Positions 57,335 through 64,000 of a stretch of 64,000 nt of DNA are shown here, in pieces (within the stretch, counting starts at the first letter, position 1; each line of letters opens with the position of its first letter). Origin of the DNA: Rhodothermaceae bacterium (lineage in GTDB: Bacteria; Bacteroidota; Rhodothermia; Rhodothermales; Bin80). The translations under genes were made by a program, and so were the position numbers. The stretch lies in the NCBI GenBank assembly GCA_009841335.1, contig VXLY01000111.1, positions 1,737-65,736 on the forward strand, in the 5' to 3' direction. Below the pieces are notes generated by a model. It worked only from the letters and a program-made list of their open reading frames with translations. It did not search any database and was not told the origin of the DNA.

Positions 57335-60300
57335 ATGCTTCAAACCTTACTAGGGGGCCGCATTTACGGCCTGTGTACTCTTCTGGTATTGTTTTTGGTT
57401 ACAATTCAGTCTGTACACGCCCAAGACCATACCGTTAGCGGCACAGTCGTGTCCGCACTTGGCAATCAACCTCTACCAGGGGCTACGGTTTTAGAAACCG
57501 GCACGCTTAATGGTACCGCAACTGACATTGACGGACTTTTTACTCTTGAAGTAGGCAATCCTAATGCGTCACTCACGGTTACGTTTGTCGGCTATGTCAG
57601 CCAGACCATTGAGATAGAGGGAAGAAGTGAAATCACCATTTCCCTGGAAGAAGACACTGGCCTGCTTGAAGAGCTCGTTGTAACCGCTGGAGGCATTGAG
57701 CGTAGGGAGCGTGCAGTAGGGTACGCCGTAAGCGAAGTTGGCGGTGAGGATCTGCGGGAGATCAGGGAAAACAATGTAGCCAATGCGCTTGCAGGCAAGG
57801 TCGCCGGCGTCATCGTAACAAAGCCTGCCACAGGACCTGCCGGCTCGAGCCGTGTGATCATACGTGGGGCCTCTTCACTGGGAGAAGACAGTCAGCCACT
57901 CTATGTAGTAGACGGTGTGCCCATTGATAACACCACCTTGGGTAGTGCAGGAATGTGGGGAGGCACTGACGGTGGAGATGGTATCGGATCCATTAACCCC
58001 GACGATATCGAGAAGATGACAGTTCTCAAGGGGCCGGCAGCAGCTGCACTCTATGGCACACGTGCAAAGAATGGTGTGATTTTAATCACGACCAAGAAAG
58101 CTACACCGGGCTCGGGGCTTGGCGTAGAATTTTCAAGTAACACGACATTTGAAAATGTTCTCGTGAATACTGACTGGCAAACCCGATACGGCCAGGGAAC
58201 ACGAGGGGCGAAGCCCTCATCGGAAGATGAAGCTCTTTCGACGGTTGATCAGGCTTGGGGACCGTCACTAGACGGGGCCCAGACAATTAGCTGGGACGGT
58301 ACAAACCAGCCCTACAGTCAGGCTGCTGATGCAGTAAATGCATTCTACAACACGGGAATTACAAGTACGAACAGTTTAGCATTGACAACTGCTACGGCAA
58401 CGAGTTCTCTGCGAATAGGACTTTCGCACCTACAGAACGAGGGAATTAGTCCGAATTCGGGATTGACACGTACTACGCTTTCACTGCGTGGTGGCTCGCA
58501 GTTTGGTTCTCGCCTGAGTGCGGACGCTAAGATTAATCTCGTCCGTGAGTTTGTCAATAACCGCCCCAGACTCAGCGATTCACCAGGGAATGCAAACTAT
58601 TCTGTTTACCAGCTTGCTCCAAATGTGGATGTGGAATCCATGCGATGCCCCCCAGAGGATGAGGCCTGCACAGATCCAGGAACCGACGTAGACGGCCGTG
58701 AATTACATCGCGGTCTGTTCGGTAATATTTATCAACAGAATCCCTATTGGGCAGCCCATCAGTACACCAGCTCCGATGAAGATCGGCGTGCGATTGGATT
58801 TGCATCTTTGACCTTTAAATTTGCTGACGGGATTCATCTAATGGGGCGTTTCGGGGGAGATACCTACACCACCCGGCGAACGGGCATCACCCCTTGGGGA
58901 ACCGCATACAGCCCGCTGGGAGGCCAAAATGAGCAGGAATTTCGTATCACTGAAGTCAATACCGACTTCCTGTTGACTGTAGATCGTGAGTTGACCAGTT
59001 CGATTGCCTTGCAGGCAACTGCTGGTGGTAACATCCTTTACCGGGAGCGCGAGACACTCACGCTCAGCGGTGGAGGTGGTTTCAACGTACCCGGGCTAGA
59101 AGTGGTGACCAATCAAAATACACGGTCACATGGCTATGGGTTCAACGAAAAGCAAATTAACTCACTCTATGGATCCGCTGAGTTGGCGTACAATGATTAC
59201 CTCTTTCTAACATTAACCGCACGAAATGACTGGTCCTCAACGCTGCCAGTGGATAATAACAGCTATTTCTATCCATCCATTAGCGGTAGCTTTGTATTCA
59301 GTGATGCACTAGAGGTACCGGAATGGATCAGCTTCGGTAAGATTCGTGCTTCGTGGGCCGAAGTAGGAGGGGACACAAATCCATATGCGCTTGCACTCAC
59401 CTATGGACTCAGCGGCAGCCATCTTGGCCAGCCGCGCGGGCAAATTGCCCAGGGAACCATTCCACTGGCCGACTTGAAGCCTTCGAGTACAGTGGGAATT
59501 GAGGGAGGTTTTGATATTCGCTTCCTTGACAACCGGTTTGGTTTAGACCTCACTTACTATACACAGAGTGCCACGGATCAGATCCTGTCTACGACAATTT
59601 CGAGCGCATCGGGTTTCGGTAGCCAAGTGATCAATGCAGGTGAGATTTCGAACAAAGGCTTCGAAGTACTTATTACAACGACTCCTGTTCGTCAGGGGGA
59701 CTGGCGCTGGGATCTAGATGTTAATCTTGCAAGAAATACGAACGAGGTCGTAGAGCTCGTGGAGGGCCAGACATCGTTGGTGCTCGGCGAGAGCCGCCAT
59801 CGTGGCAATTATGTGACTGCTGATGTGGAGGAACCGTACGGATCTATCAAGGGCCGCAAATATCTTCGGCAAAATGTACCTGCCGGTGGTTCTGATTGTG
59901 ACGCGACCGGCCCAATCGTACATGATGCTGACGGGCTACCTATGAGGACCTCCGATCTGTGTGTTCTAGGCAATGGCACACCTAAGCTCAGTGGAGGTAT
60001 TCGGAATGGAGTTCGTTGGCGAAATATGTCACTAAACATGCTCCTTGACATGCGTTTTGGTGGTGAACTGTTCTCCGTCACCAACAGTGCAGGGTACGTA
60101 AATGGACTTCACAAGAATACCCTGCAGGGGCGTGATGTAGGCTATATCGTTGGAGATGGTGTAAACCAAGATGGACAACCCAATACAGTTCAAGCCAACC
60201 CGCAGGATTACTTTGGAAGAATTGGTGGTGGAACTATAGGTGAGGAATTTGTCTACGATGCAAGTTTTGTTAAACTTCGTGAGTTGCAGCTTAACTACAA

Positions 60301-60505
60301 CCTGCCATCTCGCCTATTCGCTCGCACTCCGATCAAGTATGCTTCCATTTCACTGGTAGCCCGGAATCTCTGGTTGCTCTACAGTAATGTGGACAACCTT
60401 GATCCAGAATCTCTCTACAACAGTACGAATCGGGGCATTGGCCTTGAACACTCGGGCGTGCCTCAGACACGCAGCATAGGTCTCAACCTTAATGTGCGTC
60501 TGTAG
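57335..60505 (+). CDS. SusC/RagA-family TonB-dependent outer-membrane transporter
   Basis: Signal peptide. CarboxypepD_reg-like domain (VSGTVVSALGNQPLPGATVLE...DGLFTLEV). Plug (GKVAGV...IRGASSL..PLYVVDGVP). About 1050 aa. Followed by a SusD-like gene. Confidence 0.92.
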   Translation: MLQTLLGGRIYGLCTLLVLFLVTIQSVHAQDHTVSGTVVSALGNQPLPGATVLETGTLNGTATDIDGLFTLEVGNPNASLTVTFVGYVSQTIEIEGRSEITISLEEDTGLLEELVVTAGGIERRERAVGYAVSEVGGEDLREIRENNVANALAGKVAGVIVTKPATGPAGSSRVIIRGASSLGEDSQPLYVVDGVPIDNTTLGSAGMWGGTDGGDGIGSINPDDIEKMTVLKGPAAAALYGTRAKNGVILITTKKATPGSGLGVEFSSNTTFENVLVNTDWQTRYGQGTRGAKPSSEDEALSTVDQAWGPSLDGAQTISWDGTNQPYSQAADAVNAFYNTGITSTNSLALTTATATSSLRIGLSHLQNEGISPNSGLTRTTLSLRGGSQFGSRLSADAKINLVREFVNNRPRLSDSPGNANYSVYQLAPNVDVESMRCPPEDEACTDPGTDVDGRELHRGLFGNIYQQNPYWAAHQYTSSDEDRRAIGFASLTFKFADGIHLMGRFGGDTYTTRRTGITPWGTAYSPLGGQNEQEFRITEVNTDFLLTVDRELTSSIALQATAGGNILYRERETLTLSGGGGFNVPGLEVVTNQNTRSHGYGFNEKQINSLYGSAELAYNDYLFLTLTARNDWSSTLPVDNNSYFYPSISGSFVFSDALEVPEWISFGKIRASWAEVGGDTNPYALALTYGLSGSHLGQPRGQIAQGTIPLADLKPSSTVGIEGGFDIRFLDNRFGLDLTYYTQSATDQILSTTISSASGFGSQVINAGEISNKGFEVLITTTPVRQGDWRWDLDVNLARNTNEVVELVEGQTSLVLGESRHRGNYVTADVEEPYGSIKGRKYLRQNVPAGGSDCDATGPIVHDADGLPMRTSDLCVLGNGTPKLSGGIRNGVRWRNMSLNMLLDMRFGGELFSVTNSAGYVNGLHKNTLQGRDVGYIVGDGVNQDGQPNTVQANPQDYFGRIGGGTIGEEFVYDASFVKLRELQLNYNLPSRLFARTPIKYASISLVARNLWLLYSNVDNLDPESLYNSTNRGIGLEHSGVPQTRSIGLNLNVRL

Positions 60506-60542
60506 CCTTAATCACACCCGAAAAACAAACCGGACAATATCC

Positions 60543-62072
60543 ATGATGACTAATATGAAACGACTTCCAGTACTGGCTGCGTTGGTTCTATCTCTTATGA
60601 TTGCCTCTTGTGATTCTGGCTTTGAAGAGATGAACGTGAATCCAACCCAAGCCAGCCAGATCGACCCCAATTTCAAGTTGACCAATATTCAACTTCGAAT
60701 AAGCGGCGAGCGCTACGAGAACTGGCGGACCAATCTGATTTACAGTTCCGTTATGATTCAGCACTTCGCCACCTTACCCGGCTATTGGGCGGGGGATAAG
60801 TATACCTACATCGGGTCGTATTCCGCAGCAATGTGGGATCGATATTACCCCAATATTGCCAGGAACATTGAGGACCTGTTACAGCAAACTGCTGAGGATC
60901 CTGCAGACGCTAATCTCCATCATATCACGCAGGTCGTACGCGTAATCATGTACCATCGACTTACTGATCTCTATGGGGATGTACCATACTCGGAAGCAGG
61001 CAAGGGCTTCCTGGAGGGTATTACACAGCCGAAATACGACGCTCAGTCAACCATTTACCCTGATATGCTGGCTAAACTGGAGGCAGCAGCTACAGGACTC
61101 AATGGCTCCAATCGGTCCTTTGGTTCTGGCGACCTGATATATCAGGGCGATGTGGACCAATGGCGCAAGCTGGCTAACTCACTTATGTTGCGGCTAGGGA
61201 TGCGACTAGTCAAAGTTGACCCCGGTGCGGCACAAAGCTGGGTGCAGAAGGCAATTGCTGGTGGGACAATGGAGAGCAACGACGACATCGCTTACATTCC
61301 ACACAATGATCCCTCAGGCTGGCGGAATGGTAACGGTTCTGTATTTCTCGCAGATAGATCTCCGAGATTGAGCGAGTTCTTCGTTAATTGGATGGTGGGT
61401 CATAGTGACCCGCGTCTGTACGTCTATGGACAGAGTCCCGTTGCTGGCTCAGATCCAGTCGGAATGCCAAACGGACGCATTACCGGTGGATCAGATCCCG
61501 CTAATGGTATCGAAAATCATTCCAGTTGGGTAAGCTGTGACTCAGGGGCCGAGCCGTGTGGAATGGACGTATATATGGTTCCCAACGATGTACTAAAAGG
61601 GCAGGACGATCCAATGTTTTTTATGACATATGCTGAGGTCGAGCTACTCAAAGCTGAAGCAGCGCAGCGTGGCTGGTACAGTGGAGACGCGGCAATGCAC
61701 TATGCAAATGGTGTTCGTGCCGCAATGGAGTACCTGTCAATGTATGGCGCCGCGGGAGATATACCAAGCGATGCGATTGATGCCTATTTGACTGCCAATC
61801 CCTATGATCCTGGAAATGGATTAAAAATGATTAACGAACAGCTGTGGGCAGCTGTGTTGCTGAATGAGTACGAAGCCTTTGCGAACTGGCGTCGTACGGG
61901 TTATCCCGAGCTCGTTCCGGTAAACTATCCGGGCAATGTAACGGGGGGCACGATCCCGCGCCGCTTAAGGTATCGGGAGAATGAAGCTGTTGCTAATCCC
62001 GACAACTACAATGCGGCAATTGCTGCGCAGGGACCCGACGAATTCACAACGCGAGTTTGGTGGGATCGTTAA
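60543..62072 (+). CDS. SusD/RagB-family nutrient-binding lipoprotein
   Basis: The ATG at 60543 gives a lipoprotein signal ending in lipobox LMIASC. TPR-like helical composition. WRRTGYPEL motif. Immediately downstream of the SusC-like gene. Confidence 0.88.
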   Translation: MMTNMKRLPVLAALVLSLMIASCDSGFEEMNVNPTQASQIDPNFKLTNIQLRISGERYENWRTNLIYSSVMIQHFATLPGYWAGDKYTYIGSYSAAMWDRYYPNIARNIEDLLQQTAEDPADANLHHITQVVRVIMYHRLTDLYGDVPYSEAGKGFLEGITQPKYDAQSTIYPDMLAKLEAAATGLNGSNRSFGSGDLIYQGDVDQWRKLANSLMLRLGMRLVKVDPGAAQSWVQKAIAGGTMESNDDIAYIPHNDPSGWRNGNGSVFLADRSPRLSEFFVNWMVGHSDPRLYVYGQSPVAGSDPVGMPNGRITGGSDPANGIENHSSWVSCDSGAEPCGMDVYMVPNDVLKGQDDPMFFMTYAEVELLKAEAAQRGWYSGDAAMHYANGVRAAMEYLSMYGAAGDIPSDAIDAYLTANPYDPGNGLKMINEQLWAAVLLNEYEAFANWRRTGYPELVPVNYPGNVTGGTIPRRLRYRENEAVANPDNYNAAIAAQGPDEFTTRVWWDR

Positions 62073-62137
62073 GTCGTCATTAGGGTAGCCTGTGATTTAT
62101 TCGTCGCACGGCTGTCGATAAAGCTGAATATAGGAAA

Positions 62138-62167
62138 GGGGCTCCGTGTAAGCGGGGCCCCTTTTTT
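62138..62167. terminator. Rho-independent terminator between convergent genes
   Basis: GGGGCTCCG-tgtaag-CGGGGCCCC (9-bp stem with one G-U pair) followed by TTTTTT on the + strand and preceded by AAA. The T-run overlaps the stop codon of the minus-strand GWxTD gene. Confidence 0.8.
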
Positions 62168-63869
62168 ATCTCTCAAAGTCCAGCTCCAAATATCTTGAAA
62201 CCGAAGTTCCTGCAACCTTGTCATTGATCGTCAGTGTGAGCGTGAAAGCTCCTGGAATGGTCCAGCTTTCAATGTCTACTTCTACGAATTCGCGTATAGT
62301 TGAAGATTGACCCTCAGATTCAAAGGAAGCTGTTATCGGTTGCTTTCCCTCACCACTCAATGAATACGAAACTGTGTAGTTGGTGCGATCTTGCTCGTCG
62401 AAATGCAGAAAATATGCTTCAAAGTATAAGGCAAGTGGTGTAGCTGCATTAATGGTTTTACGCATGTAAGGAAGGGCTTCATCGAAGTTATTTGGAGATT
62501 CCAGAAAGAGTGGTTTCAGATCACTGACCTCCAAGGATGTACCGTCTCCTTGAAGAGCCTCCAACGTATCAATCGAGGCAGTCCCTATTGCCCAGACTGT
62601 TCCGGGCTGTGGAGGTACGGAATCGGGAACAGTCCAATGCAGTGACCACTGCATCGCCACAGGTGATATAGAACTGAAATTTGGGATTATCCAGGATTGA
62701 ACAGGGGTTTCTTGAGCGGCACCACGTGGTAAATGGTATCGTCGGATACGAATCTCTTGGGGCTCAAATCCTTCGTCTCGTTTTGATAGTGCCACACTCA
62801 ATATGAAATCGGAGGAGGTGGCTTGTCTCAGTTGTCTAGAACGGCGCGTCATGGTTCGGCTCGGTCGGACTGTGCTAAGATCAACATTCCAGAAAGCCTC
62901 CAGCCGCGTAGAACCGTCCTGTTCCAAAAACCTGATGAACCGTGTCTGCGGCTCAAACTCCACAGCATTGCCGTACACTTGGGTTACGCTGTTTGGGACG
63001 GTTCTTGCCCGGCTTAGTTGATGTTGATCATCTCGTGTCCTTGTATCCTGGACTGCCATTTGTGAGAATTGGTATGGCCGGAGAGGCTCCGAGGTGGGAA
63101 GCGCCGTATAATTCGCGACAGCATCGTACACTGCACCGTAATGGCTGTGCTCCATGGCCAGTTGTCCAAATATATCCTCCATCCATGCGAGTAGTATCGG
63201 GACATTTCTTGGACCTCGAAGATTTAGGGGGATTAGCGCGTCAGGCGTATCAATCCGGAATGGTCTGCGCCGAGATAACTGTACAAAGAGATAATGGGCA
63301 TCATCATGGATATTGCGGTAAACCCATATTTCGTTGCGTGGCAACCGAAATTCCAGTGGTAAGGTCATAAGCCTTGGATTTTGAAGGTTTATGACAGCTT
63401 CTCTCCAAGGTCTGCCGAGCCGTACAAATATGCGCCCCCGGTCATCCACTCCAAGAGGATCCCTTTGATGCGCATACTCACGCTGAGCATGGTAGACCCG
63501 GTACAGATGCTCTTCGACTCTTTCATTGTACAGTGTTGCCGGCAACGGATCCTGCTGATGCCACCAGGATACGATAGCGGTAGCATCATCGGGCGTACCT
63601 TCATCTGAAATGAGTGCTTGTACTGATTGACTGATCGGCGATTCTTCGGGAGTAATGAGGGCTATCCAGTGCAGATGACGTACTAGTGCTTCCTTGTCTA
63701 CAACCTCTGCATCAGCTGCGTCGCCAAGCCAGTCAAGGTATGCAGTAGCAGCTTCCGCATAAAGCTCGACATTTTCTTCAGTAAAGACTCGTGCAATATT
63801 CGCTTCCTGGGCCAATACTGGCCAAACTGCGAGTAATTGAAGTCCAATAATGGAAAGAACACGTATCAT
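62166..63869 (-). CDS. GWxTD-domain protein (degenerate motif), secreted
   Basis: The ATG at 63869 gives the signal peptide MIRVLSIIGLQLLAVWPVLAQ. DPLGVDDRGRIFVRLGRP aligns with the GWxTDRGRIYIRYGxP core of GWxTD proteins. Confidence 0.65.
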   Translation of the reverse strand: MIRVLSIIGLQLLAVWPVLAQEANIARVFTEENVELYAEAATAYLDWLGDAADAEVVDKEALVRHLHWIALITPEESPISQSVQALISDEGTPDDATAIVSWWHQQDPLPATLYNERVEEHLYRVYHAQREYAHQRDPLGVDDRGRIFVRLGRPWREAVINLQNPRLMTLPLEFRLPRNEIWVYRNIHDDAHYLFVQLSRRRPFRIDTPDALIPLNLRGPRNVPILLAWMEDIFGQLAMEHSHYGAVYDAVANYTALPTSEPLRPYQFSQMAVQDTRTRDDQHQLSRARTVPNSVTQVYGNAVEFEPQTRFIRFLEQDGSTRLEAFWNVDLSTVRPSRTMTRRSRQLRQATSSDFILSVALSKRDEGFEPQEIRIRRYHLPRGAAQETPVQSWIIPNFSSISPVAMQWSLHWTVPDSVPPQPGTVWAIGTASIDTLEALQGDGTSLEVSDLKPLFLESPNNFDEALPYMRKTINAATPLALYFEAYFLHFDEQDRTNYTVSYSLSGEGKQPITASFESEGQSSTIREFVEVDIESWTIPGAFTLTLTINDKVAGTSVSRYLELDFER

Positions 63870-64000
63870 CTTCGTTGGACTCGGTAACAATGGGAGCTGG
63901 AAAGGAGCATCTGCATGTTAGAAACCTGTCGAAAAATCGTAATAAGCTCGATAAGTTTGGTCCTACTATTCGGCTGTACACGTGAGCGGCCGTTATTCAC

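Noticed and set aside
1-64000. CRISPR arrays, IS elements/transposases, integrases, prophage genes, rRNA operons
   Set aside because: I scanned the ORF translations and intergenic regions. The only periodic repeat is the LRR coding array. No DDE, tyrosine or serine recombinase motifs were seen, and no spacer-repeat architecture.

Overview
This 64-kb window is chromosomal and mostly core. It comes from an FCB-group (Bacteroidota/Rhodothermota/Balneolota-like) bacterium, inferred from type IX secretion (T9SS) genes, SusC/SusD and GWxTD proteins, and roughly 50% GC judged by eye. Coding is dense, and many gene junctions overlap by 1-17 nt (ATGA, TAATG), which suggests translational coupling. Contents in order:

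- A T9SS-sorted leucine-rich-repeat (LRR) surface protein built from about 20 near-identical 72-bp units.
- nadA, an orphan outer-membrane (OM) protein, a Lon-N-domain protein and an MBL hydrolase.
- A tightly packed six-gene block: porU, porV, a T9SS cargo with a degenerate M6-like domain, a zincin/PD40/Omp85-like fusion, a TlpA-like thioredoxin and a DUF5683-like protein.
- A DAACS transporter, tRNA-Arg(CCG), a CPBP protease, a DUF2007-like protein and cdsA.
- mutL-tilS-hpt, a serine hydrolase, a Tat-signal sugar isomerase-like protein, an HD phosphohydrolase and mutS-purD.
- An eight-gene ilvBNC-leuBACD-cimA operon.
- A convergent six-gene arg operon (argG-argC-argD-argF'-argB-M20).
- A GH31/SusC/SusD locus and a GWxTD protein.

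I saw no CRISPR array, transposase, integrase, phage gene, rRNA or recognisable defence system.

The best candidate for undescribed biology is the porU-porV-linked pair at 12231..18382. It consists of a pseudo-protease T9SS cargo and an Omp85-type barrel fused to a TolB-like propeller and an intact HExxH domain. All family assignments come from motifs read in the supplied translations. No database search was run.
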